64,000 nt of DNA from Candidatus Anderseniibacteriota bacterium (GTDB lineage Bacteria > Patescibacteriota > Andersenbacteria > UBA10190): assembly GCA_016197005.1 (NCBI GenBank), contig JACPWO010000001.1:218544-282543 (forward strand), read 5' to 3'. Below, in pieces: positions 56,778-64,000 of the stretch (the first letter of the stretch is position 1; every line of letters begins with the position of its first letter). The translations under genes were made by a program, and so were the position numbers. Below the pieces are notes generated by a model, which saw only the letters and a program-made list of their open reading frames with translations, was not told the DNA's origin and did no database searches.

Positions 56778-57224
56778 TTAGCTACCGTGATATCCACGAA
56801 ATGCTCGAGCGATGGCCCTATATTGTCCCATATATTTAGCTTGTTTATGACCTTGCATCCAAACACTCCATTCGTCATCTTCGATTTGGGGATCAATCCC
56901 CGCTAAAGCAGTCCAATTACTCCATAAGTTTGCATAGTGAGATGCTTTCTCGGAGTGATCCTCAACGAACTGAACCAACGCTTCCTTTTCGTAACTATCA
57001 AAAAGCTCATCCATTGCACCGGCCGTTAACCTTGACTCATCACCCATTGCCTTGATGCGCTCCCGTATCTCCGAGTGTATTTGCATAACATCCGAGTCAT
57101 CTTCCCAATTTTCTTCTTCGATAATGCGGTTTGCCTCTGTTATCCAACCAGCTTCGTTTGGTTCCTCTGGTGAAAATGAGAATCTTGGAACTTTTTCAAA
57201 ACCCATGTCTTTATATTCATTCAA
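56778..57224 (-). CDS. acidic hypothetical protein
   Basis: 148 aa, Asp/Glu- and Trp-rich; no recognised motif. Confidence 0.4.
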   Translation of the reverse strand: MNEYKDMGFEKVPRFSFSPEEPNEAGWITEANRIIEEENWEDDSDVMQIHSEIRERIKAMGDESRLTAGAMDELFDSYEKEALVQFVEDHSEKASHYANLWSNWTALAGIDPQIEDDEWSVWMQGHKQAKYMGQYRAIARAFRGYHGS

Positions 57225-57287
57225 CTTTTTATTTCCAGCAAGTCCAGATGAGAAGAGCTGAGCTTAAACACATTCTGACTATTTCTT

Positions 57288-57363
<76 letters not shown>

Positions 57364-57374
57364 AATATTGTTTT

Positions 57375-58037
57375 TTAAGTTTCCTCTATTGTGAACTTTC
57401 TTGCAAGAAGCTTGTAAAAACTTTCTATTTCTTTGTATAAACGTACATCATAGTATCTAACGGAGATGCAACCCGGATAGCCTTCTTTCTTATTTTTACC
57501 AGAATTTTTCTTCCGATATACATAAAATTTTTCTGAAGGAATTTTGGTTAACTTTGACCAAAATTTAATTTGCTTTTCTTGATTATGATAAGAATGAAGA
57601 TGCAGCTGTGCACGAAATTTATTTTCTTTTATCACAAAGCAGGCACGTAGAAGAGATAAAAAGAGCGCAATCATTTCTGGGTCAGAATTCATAAATGCTA
57701 CTGATCCACGCCCCTTCTCTCCTTCCGACCAATACAGAGCAGAACATATTAGCTTTCCAAGGGGCATGCTTATTGTGAGGTTACTAAAGTCCCTTTCTGC
57801 TTTCTGGTGAATTACCTTGTCTCTATTCCACTTTTTTTCTAGTACCATTTTCCTTCCTCGCTGATTACCTATTTCTTTTCTTTTTTCAATTCTTCTTTTT
57901 GCTTTCTCTCCCAGGACTACATTCCCTAACCACACAGAGCAGGTGCTTTTAGAGATTCCAAGCATCTTGCTTATCTCTGGATATGTTCTTCCAAGCTTTC
58001 TTAAGGAAATTGCTTTTGCCTTTAATGCGGCTTTCAT
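57375..58037 (-). CDS. free-standing LAGLIDADG-family homing-endonuclease-like protein with N-terminal HTH
   Basis: N-terminal HTH (ISLRKLGRTYPEISKMLGISKSTCSVWL); single degenerate LAGLIDADG block ICSALYWSEGEKGRGSVAF followed by the typical amphipathic helices (EMIALFLSLLRACF). Lys-rich; 220 aa. Ends 11 nt from tRNA-Trp. Confidence 0.55.
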   Translation of the reverse strand: MKAALKAKAISLRKLGRTYPEISKMLGISKSTCSVWLGNVVLGEKAKRRIEKRKEIGNQRGRKMVLEKKWNRDKVIHQKAERDFSNLTISMPLGKLICSALYWSEGEKGRGSVAFMNSDPEMIALFLSLLRACFVIKENKFRAQLHLHSYHNQEKQIKFWSKLTKIPSEKFYVYRKKNSGKNKKEGYPGCISVRYYDVRLYKEIESFYKLLARKFTIEET

Positions 58038-58091
58038 AAACCAATGAAGGAGGTTATATAACCTCCTTCATTGTATCATGTTTAGCTTAAT

Positions 58092-58256
58092 TTATTTCTT
58101 AGCCTTTTCTTTGTGAGTCGTATGAGCTCGGCACTTCTTGCAAAACTTTTCCAGTTCTAGCTTATGACTATCAGCCCGACGGAGGTTCCGTCGAGTGTGG
58201 TAATTAAACATTTTGCACGTAGTGCACTGGAGACGAATAACGTTATCTTGAGACAT
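58092..58256 (-). CDS. rpmG: 50S ribosomal protein bL33
   Basis: Hand translation: MSQDNVIRLQCTTCKMFNYHTRRNLRRADSHKLELEKFCKKCRAHTTHKEKAKK, with the CxxC...CxxC zinc ribbon typical of bL33. Below the ORF-track size cutoff. Confidence 0.8.
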   Translation of the reverse strand: MSQDNVIRLQCTTCKMFNYHTRRNLRRADSHKLELEKFCKKCRAHTTHKEKAKK

Positions 58257-58258
58257 AG

Positions 58259-58588
58259 TTATGATTTTTTCTTATCTAATCTATCTAAGCCGATAATTTT
58301 GACACCATAATAGACTACGAGCGCAATTACAAGGAAGTCTACGAAAACTGCCATAAAACTGCCCCATTTGACCTCAACTGCACCCAACGTCCATTTCATC
58401 GCCGCGAGCGTTTCTCCCCGCCCAATAACGATGCCAATGAGAGGATTTATGACGTCTTGGACGAGAGAAGATACTACTTTTGAGACAGCACCACCTAAAA
58501 TAAAACCAACGGCCAGACCAACTACTCCCTGCTGGCGGACAAATTCTAAGAACCCCTGAAACTGATTTTTAATAATAGTGGCAGACAT
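58259..58588 (-). CDS. mscL: large-conductance mechanosensitive channel MscL
   Basis: FLEFVRQQGVVGLAVGFILGGAVSKVVSSLVQDVINPLIG matches the MscL TM1 region; 109 aa. Confidence 0.85.
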   Translation of the reverse strand: MSATIIKNQFQGFLEFVRQQGVVGLAVGFILGGAVSKVVSSLVQDVINPLIGIVIGRGETLAAMKWTLGAVEVKWGSFMAVFVDFLVIALVVYYGVKIIGLDRLDKKKS

Positions 58589-58634
58589 ATTTTTGTGATC
58601 GGATCGTAGGATATTTTGCCTAATCGGTCAATGA

Positions 58635-60137
58635 TTAAAAACTAGTTTTGAGTATCCATTGTCCCGGCGGATTCTCCCATTCATATAGTTTCTTCGGAAT
58701 AGGATCAGCGACTCCACTTCCTTCTAACCTTCGCCACTGTCCGCCGGCTGGCTCGTATTTTGCTAACACCGTCCATTCAGGATAGGTAATATCCCGCACA
58801 ACCAAGAGAACACGCTGTTCTCCTTTTTCTTCTGTTTCAAAATCTATGAATACGGTATTCGGTTTATCGGTCGACATGATCCGCTCTAGCGTTGCACCCT
58901 CGCCAATCATTCCGGAGGATTGTTTCTCGATAAAGGAAATGAGTTCCTCGTCGGAAAATGTTGAGGAAACATCAAGGAAGGAATTAGTATCTTCCGTCGC
59001 CGGTCTCACCCATGCCACGTGTACCGAATTTATCGAAGGCAATTTGCTTTGCAGGCGCACTCGACCAGAGCGGATGTCCAAAATATACAATGAGGCGCCT
59101 CGTATTCCTTCTTTCATAGTGTAAGCGATGTACTTTCCACCTTCATCCACTTGAGCCGACATCAGCACACCCTGATGACGACTAATGGGCTGCGCAGTAT
59201 TGTCATGCCACTGCCAAAACTCTATTCCCGTCTCAGCTTGAACAGCGTAGATAAGTCGGCTTTCATCGAGCCATTGGATGAAAGGTACTCGACCACGAAC
59301 GGGCTGCTGACTGCTCGTGCCACCATCATGTGCAATTCGCAGCATGGTAAATCGACTATCGGCATTTTCCGCATATGCCAAAACGGTGCCACTTGGACTT
59401 ATATCCACTACCCCATGATCAAATACATCTTCCAGTTTTTCTATATCCTCTTTCAAAAACCGTGCCTTTGTTAGTGGTGGTTTTGTTCCGGCAACAATGA
59501 GTTCTAATTTTTCTTCACCAGCTTCTCCGCTATCTGCCACAAACCACATCGCTGTTCCCGCTTTATTCCATCTCAGGCGCGTTACAATATCGTTTTTTAT
59601 AAGATTCTCCGCTACCACCCGCGTACCAGCGGCTACCTTGTCGTATGTCCACAGCTCTGTTCGCTGCTCTTCTTCCCGTTCATCAATGTTATCAAGCCAG
59701 TAAGCCACCTCTTTACCGGTAGAACTAATAAGTGGACTACGCGGGGTAACCAGTTCAGTTGGGGCAACGATGAGCTCAGATTCCTTATCTTCTTGTTGTT
59801 GGCGAAGCGATCCGTCACTCGCCAAGAAATACCAAGACTGGCCGTCAAATAACATTTCATGTTCAATGTTTGGTAGACGTACTGGTTTGCAAGTTGACTC
59901 TTGGCAAGAAAAGAGTTTTTTACTTTCGCTTGTCCCATCACTTTCTACCAACATGACATCCATCGCTGGAATGGTTACCGCAACGTCCTGTGCTGGTAGT
60001 ATTTGTGGGGTGGTAGGACGCGTGTATTCAGCCAGACCACTGTTGCCTTGCATAAACAGCCAGATGACCATCCCAATTGCTACTGCCAACACACCCAAAA
60101 GAAGGGCGGTTAAAACTTTAAGGATTTCCGGCGTCAT
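58635..60137 (-). CDS. membrane-anchored or secreted beta-propeller (TolB/WD40-like) hypothetical protein
   Basis: N-terminal TM LLGVLAVAIGMVIWLF; 500 aa with repeated beta-strand-rich segments. Confidence 0.45.
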   Translation of the reverse strand: MTPEILKVLTALLLGVLAVAIGMVIWLFMQGNSGLAEYTRPTTPQILPAQDVAVTIPAMDVMLVESDGTSESKKLFSCQESTCKPVRLPNIEHEMLFDGQSWYFLASDGSLRQQQEDKESELIVAPTELVTPRSPLISSTGKEVAYWLDNIDEREEEQRTELWTYDKVAAGTRVVAENLIKNDIVTRLRWNKAGTAMWFVADSGEAGEEKLELIVAGTKPPLTKARFLKEDIEKLEDVFDHGVVDISPSGTVLAYAENADSRFTMLRIAHDGGTSSQQPVRGRVPFIQWLDESRLIYAVQAETGIEFWQWHDNTAQPISRHQGVLMSAQVDEGGKYIAYTMKEGIRGASLYILDIRSGRVRLQSKLPSINSVHVAWVRPATEDTNSFLDVSSTFSDEELISFIEKQSSGMIGEGATLERIMSTDKPNTVFIDFETEEKGEQRVLLVVRDITYPEWTVLAKYEPAGGQWRRLEGSGVADPIPKKLYEWENPPGQWILKTSF

Positions 60138-60205
60138 ACGTAATCGTAAGCGTAGCAGGGCCTGGACTTTTGATCGATAGCTCGTATGCTACGTTATACA
60201 TAAAT

Positions 60206-60277
60206 GCCGATGTGGCTCAGTGGTAGAGCAACTCCATGGTAAGGAGTAGGTCGCGAGTTCGATTCTCGCCATCGGCT
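60206..60277 (+). tRNA. tRNA-Thr (anticodon GGU)
   Basis: Acceptor GCCGATG/CATCGGC, anticodon stem ACTCC/GGAGT, loop ATGGTAA, T loop TTCGATT. Confidence 0.85.
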
Positions 60278-60525
60278 CAAACAGAAGTAAACCGTTTTAC
60301 GTTTTTACCTTGGTGTTCAACTTCTTCAGTAAAGTTTGTGTATGTCCGAACCCACATCGAATCTTTATCAAGGTTGCGGTACACAACCAGAGGCTCAAGC
60401 GTATCTTCCTGTACCGCCAGCGTTACAATTTCATACGTCCCACCTTTTTTGTAGTGCGTGAACCTATCCCCTGCTTTCAGTGGTAATTTCTGAAGTTGAT
60501 TTTGAGCAGAGTCTTTGTCGGTCAC
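60277..60525 (-). CDS. DUF1653-family protein
   Basis: FTHYKKGGTYEIVTLAVQEDTLEPLVVYRNL...WVRTYTNFTEEVE matches the DUF1653 pattern (YRHYKG..Y......E....VVY......W.RP...F.E.V). Confidence 0.6.
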   Translation of the reverse strand: MTDKDSAQNQLQKLPLKAGDRFTHYKKGGTYEIVTLAVQEDTLEPLVVYRNLDKDSMWVRTYTNFTEEVEHQGKNVKRFTSV

Positions 60526-61604
60526 TTTTTCGCAGCCAAGACGGCGTCCAAATCTGCCTTCATTGCTGCAATTTCTGGCTTGGCCATGTGCTCACGAACA
60601 GGTGCAAGTAACTGAATAAGCTCATGAGCAACGGTATTTTTTAGATCCATTGGGTGAAGGTTGCCTGTTGCATATGTCTTCTCTAGTTCTGCATAAGATG
60701 TGAATTCCAGATTACCTCCGTGCTCTTCTTTTCGCTCAATCACAAACGGTTTTGATCGATTCCAGAACAACATTGTCTTCGTCCAATTGAGAATGGGGTT
60801 ATGGTCGATCTCTTTTTCTGGTGCAAATGCTTTCTTAATCTTGTGTTCGATATCCTTCGGATCATCATGAACGAAAATAGCGGAATCTGGATTAGATTTG
60901 CTCATCTTATCCTCCTTATTCTTTCCATTCAGACTCTGCAACAGTGGATGATGAATGATGATCGGTTTTGGTTTATCTGGCGCTATCTTACTGGCAGCAT
61001 CCCGTACCACGACGTGAATCTTTCGTTGATCCATCCCCGCATGAGCAATATCTATATTCTGAAAGAAAACGTCAGCGGCTTGCATCGCCGGATACATTGT
61101 TCGAGCGTAATCTACGTCTTCTCCTGCTTCCTTCCCTGTAATGTCTATACTCCGGAGCATACGTGCTAACGTCGTATGTTGTCCGACTTTAATAACCGTA
61201 CCCCAGTAGCTTTCCGGATCTTTGTTGTACCACTCACTTGCTAAACGAAATTCGATATCTTCAGGGTTACCGCCAACTGCTACGTAACTGGCTTTCATTG
61301 CTTCCGTAAAATATCCTCGACCAATAGTGGCTGCTGTCTCACGAGTACCATCAAGTTTGTTGTTAATAGCGGAATGCCAATCTGCCAGCCATACGGTACA
61401 CTTCACACCTAAGTCAGTTAAGTCCTTCATAACGAGAGCGCTCATAATGCCTGTTCCCAAGTGAACATAGCCGGAAATTTCAAAACCAATGTAATGCGTT
61501 AGCTGACTTTCGCTCTTAAGTCGCTCTTGTAATTCCGTAGCGGTAATAATCTCGGCGTTATTACTGATAAGGCGATTTATTATTTTTTCCTTGGATTCAC
61601 CCAT
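60522..61604 (-). CDS. tyrS: tyrosyl-tRNA synthetase, archaeal/eukaryotic type
   Basis: YIGFEISGYVHLGTGIM, AGMDQRKIHVVVRD, KMSKS, and C-terminal HPMDLKNTVAHELIQLLAPVREHM align closely to the Methanocaldococcus TyrRS blocks YIGFEPSGKIHLGHYL, GGMEQRKIHMLARE, KMSSS, HPMDLKNAVAEELIKILEPIRKRL. Start placed at MGESKEK. Confidence 0.85.
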   Translation of the reverse strand: MGESKEKIINRLISNNAEIITATELQERLKSESQLTHYIGFEISGYVHLGTGIMSALVMKDLTDLGVKCTVWLADWHSAINNKLDGTRETAATIGRGYFTEAMKASYVAVGGNPEDIEFRLASEWYNKDPESYWGTVIKVGQHTTLARMLRSIDITGKEAGEDVDYARTMYPAMQAADVFFQNIDIAHAGMDQRKIHVVVRDAASKIAPDKPKPIIIHHPLLQSLNGKNKEDKMSKSNPDSAIFVHDDPKDIEHKIKKAFAPEKEIDHNPILNWTKTMLFWNRSKPFVIERKEEHGGNLEFTSYAELEKTYATGNLHPMDLKNTVAHELIQLLAPVREHMAKPEIAAMKADLDAVLAAKK

Positions 61605-61664
61605 ATAGAAAGTAGCGTAGCTTAGAAAAAGCCCGCGTGCCACTTCGACATGCGGGTTATGAGC

Positions 61665-62069
61665 CTAGTCTTGCCCTATTTCAAGGTGCACTTGAAGACT
61701 TTCCCAATATTCTTCAGATTCTGCCACCTGCACAGGGATCACAAGAACGGAGAAAGAATCAATGCCGATTTTTTTTGAGGAACCAATACGCGTCAATTCC
61801 TCGTCCGGACCCCAGGAAATAATTTCCTCATTGTGCACCGCAACATAATTCCCTCGAAGAGCAGCATTTCTTTCGGGGTGCGTATTGAGAAAAGTCTGGA
61901 ACCAAGCAAAGTCGTTACGTTGTCGCCGCAACATGTCGTCAGAAGATTCCCCCTCACTCTCAGTCACTTCTGGATGAACGGTTACATGGATATCAAGATC
62001 CAATAGTTTCCCCAGAGCCTGTAAGACTTGGGCTTTTTGAACGACATCTGATGATTCTCTTGTTGCCAT
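61665..62069 (-). CDS. acidic hypothetical protein
   Basis: About 134 aa from MATRESS; no recognised motif. Confidence 0.4.
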   Translation of the reverse strand: MATRESSDVVQKAQVLQALGKLLDLDIHVTVHPEVTESEGESSDDMLRRQRNDFAWFQTFLNTHPERNAALRGNYVAVHNEEIISWGPDEELTRIGSSKKIGIDSFSVLVIPVQVAESEEYWESLQVHLEIGQD

Positions 62070-62114
62070 TACGAACTCCTTGAAAGGACAAGGGAACAAA
62101 ATCTACTTTTCTTG

Positions 62115-62186
62115 AGCCACCTGTCGGATTTGAACCGACGGCCTTCACTTTACAAAAGTGTTGCTCTACCGCTGAGCTAAGGTGGC
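62115..62186 (-). tRNA. tRNA-Thr (anticodon UGU)
   Basis: Reverse complement: acceptor GCCACCT/AGGTGGC, D arm GCTC/GAGC, anticodon loop TTTGTAA (one A-A mismatch at the base of the stem), T loop TTCAAAT. Confidence 0.75.
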
Positions 62187-62271
62187 ACTATATTTCTACT
62201 GCTACTAATCGCGTCCTTGCCTTGACAGTAACGACAAGTATACTATCAACTATTCGTCTGTAAAGACGTAC

Positions 62272-62343
62272 CCGGGGATGGCAGATCGGCTTATGCAGCG
62301 GACTGTAAATCCGCGAAGGTAGGTTCAACTCCTACTCCCCGGA
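62272..62343 (+). tRNA. tRNA-Tyr (anticodon GUA), class I with short variable loop, C1:G72 first base pair, discriminator A, no encoded CCA
   Basis: Acceptor CCGGGGA/TCCCCGG, anticodon stem GCGGA/TCCGC, loop CTGTAAA, 4-nt variable region, T arm GTAGG-TTCAACT-CCTAC. Confidence 0.7.
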
Positions 62344-62378
62344 CAGAAACACACGGTTCTTTGAAAACGGAGGTTCGA

Positions 62379-62849
62379 ATGCATGACTTTCGAGTTGGTA
62401 AAGTCCACTCTTTGGCAACCGACGGGGGAAAAGAGGTGATTGTTTGGAATACCAAGCTGCTGATGAGAGGGCTATTCAGTCGCCGAAAAATCCTCCCACG
62501 AGTAATACGAGCGCATTCTATATCGCAGGGACTCTCTCTTAAACCGATCCTCCTCATTGCCCACGGGACTGTTAGAAATGGGCGCTGGTACTTCAGTGAT
62601 TCGAGGAAAAGAGTTTCTTTGATACAGCGGTGGATTGATAAACATGACGGGAAGACTGGAGCACTTCTCCTTTTCAGTTGTAATCCCTCTAATCTTGAAG
62701 TCCGCTCCCGATTTTCTCTGGTTGTACATTTAAATCGGGTGGCTAGTTTATTGGACTTGTTTCGCGGTGGGTGCGTACGACTCTATCACCCACAGCTTGG
62801 TTACATTGAGGACAACTATTACCGCCTACACTCTATTATTCGCTCATAA
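62379..62849 (+). CDS. hypothetical protein
   Basis: ACGGAGG RBS then ATG 62379 (MHDFRVGKV...); about 156 aa; no recognised motif. Confidence 0.4.
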   Translation: MHDFRVGKVHSLATDGGKEVIVWNTKLLMRGLFSRRKILPRVIRAHSISQGLSLKPILLIAHGTVRNGRWYFSDSRKRVSLIQRWIDKHDGKTGALLLFSCNPSNLEVRSRFSLVVHLNRVASLLDLFRGGCVRLYHPQLGYIEDNYYRLHSIIRS

Positions 62850-62942
62850 CCATCCAGGCAACTGTGATGGTTTTTTCTTGCCTTAAAACATGAGCAGCAC
62901 TGGATAGATACCAGCCTGCAATTCACAAAGACGTTCTAATTG

Positions 62943-63374
62943 TTACTGCCAAACCGCGAGGATAACTCCAACCGCAAGAAGCGTTACAAGGTAGTATCCA
63001 ATATTTAGTATCCAGAGCGTCCAAGACTTTCCCTCCCACAAAACTGAGCTAATTGTTATTGGCACTGCAAATCCAAGCCAACTCCAGAACCCAACCATCA
63101 GTCCCGCGGTTACACCGGTTGTTTCGGTATAGGCACTGGCAAATGTAAGTGAATGAGACAACACGTAGGCCATGAGAAATGAAGTGAGGGCAGCCATCGC
63201 GTATAACTTCCCCATCCCCTTAGCTTTTCCTTCAGCCATTTGCTCCGGGGTAAATTTCATAAGTGCAATCCATTTCTTTCCAAATAGTGGGCCGTACCAC
63301 AACGTTCCTATAACCATATTAACAACCGCTGAAGTAATAACAGCGAGATAATTTACCGGTACTTCCATTGGCAT
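62943..63374 (-). CDS. DUF1761-family membrane protein
   Basis: NYLAVITSAVVNMVIGTLWYGPLFGKKW matches the DUF1761 N-terminal consensus; four TM helices. Confidence 0.55.
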   Translation of the reverse strand: MPMEVPVNYLAVITSAVVNMVIGTLWYGPLFGKKWIALMKFTPEQMAEGKAKGMGKLYAMAALTSFLMAYVLSHSLTFASAYTETTGVTAGLMVGFWSWLGFAVPITISSVLWEGKSWTLWILNIGYYLVTLLAVGVILAVWQ

Positions 63375-63460
63375 ATGAATATGACGTTTAAAAAAATTAA
63401 TGTTTATATAAAGTTATTATCAAGATAGATCGCAAGACAGACAAAAGCTAGTGAGATAGA

Positions 63461-63994
63461 ATGACCGTGTACATGCTTAAAAAATATACTCAGAATTTCT
63501 GGCACTGGTATGAGCGTAATTACAAGCTTAATGTCAGTATCTCGTCTGGATTGTTTTTATTTCAACTCATTCACCTGGTTTGGCTCACAGCTGATGTCGT
63601 CACGTTTCGTTTAGTTGGACGATCGTACTTTGAACCAACTGGGGTCTGGGAATTTCTTATTGTTTTCGTTGACTATCTAGAAATTCCCACTCTGATTAGT
63701 GTTTCCTTCATTTATATAAATGAGCTGCGAAAAAAATATAGTTTTAAAAGTTGGTTCCTTCTACTCCTCCTTAATTCACAGTGGTTTCACATCTTCTGGA
63801 TTACTGACGAAGTTGTTGAGGAAGTATTTACGGGAAGTGGTCATACGGTCCTCCCCTTTTGGGCCGCCTGGATTGCTATCCTCATTGATTATCTAGAGTT
63901 GCCGGTCATAGTTGATCTCGTCATTCGATTTGTTAAAGCAACCCGCCAACATACGGTCCAAGAGTTTATAAAAGAGGAGTTTCTGGAAGATTAA
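63461..63994 (+). CDS. hypothetical polytopic membrane protein
   Basis: 177 aa, five hydrophobic helices. Confidence 0.4.
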   Translation: MTVYMLKKYTQNFWHWYERNYKLNVSISSGLFLFQLIHLVWLTADVVTFRLVGRSYFEPTGVWEFLIVFVDYLEIPTLISVSFIYINELRKKYSFKSWFLLLLLNSQWFHIFWITDEVVEEVFTGSGHTVLPFWAAWIAILIDYLELPVIVDLVIRFVKATRQHTVQEFIKEEFLED

Positions 63995-64000
63995 GGCGGA

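Overview
This 64 kb window from a compact, gene-dense bacterial genome of about 45-48% GC has the hallmarks of a Candidate Phyla Radiation (Patescibacteria-like) organism. Genes overlap by a few bases, Shine-Dalgarno sites are mostly weak, and it carries a eukaryote/archaeal-type TyrRS, many small hypothetical membrane proteins and a reduced dcw cell-wall cluster. Most of the window is core housekeeping. There is a C-terminally truncated S41 peptidase at the left edge, then aspS, an hrcA-grpE-dnaK-dnaJ operon with a textbook CIRCE operator, cysS, dnaB, recR and rplU. Further along are a GT4/GT2 glycosyltransferase pair, a PIN gene divergent from lexA, rmuC, a riboflavin kinase domain, sod, a fatty-acid desaturase, mraZ-rsmH-ftsL-ftsI, rplJ-rplL, mltG, a GDP-mannose pyrophosphorylase, rpmG, mscL and tyrS. 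Seven tRNAs were found by hand-folding: Lys-UUU, Glu-CUC, Trp-CCA, Thr-GGU, Thr-UGU and a class-I Tyr-GUA. Five regions look accessory. (i) A cell-surface island (42.9-50.8 kb) holds a CAP-domain protein, a sortase behind a near-consensus promoter, a secreted SNase nuclease and two tandem paralogous DUF11 proteins. Those two proteins carry very long (TP)n linkers encoded by hexanucleotide tandem DNA repeats and end in a non-canonical sorting signal. (ii) A nucleotide sanitation/salvage operon (51.0-53.5 kb) has a DNPH1/Rcl-like dNMP N-glycosidase, two NUDIX hydrolases, an alpha/beta hydrolase and a HAD phosphatase. (iii) A small-ORF region (53.5-55.6 kb) carries a roughly 27-nt motif present in three direct copies, plus strong intrinsic terminators. 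(iv) A membrane-anchored Clp/Hsp100-like AAA+ protein has a degenerate first ATPase domain. (v) A GC-rich, almost gene-free 1.5 kb segment sits immediately 3' of tRNA-Lys. All calls are from reading the sequence and remembered family motifs; no searches were run.
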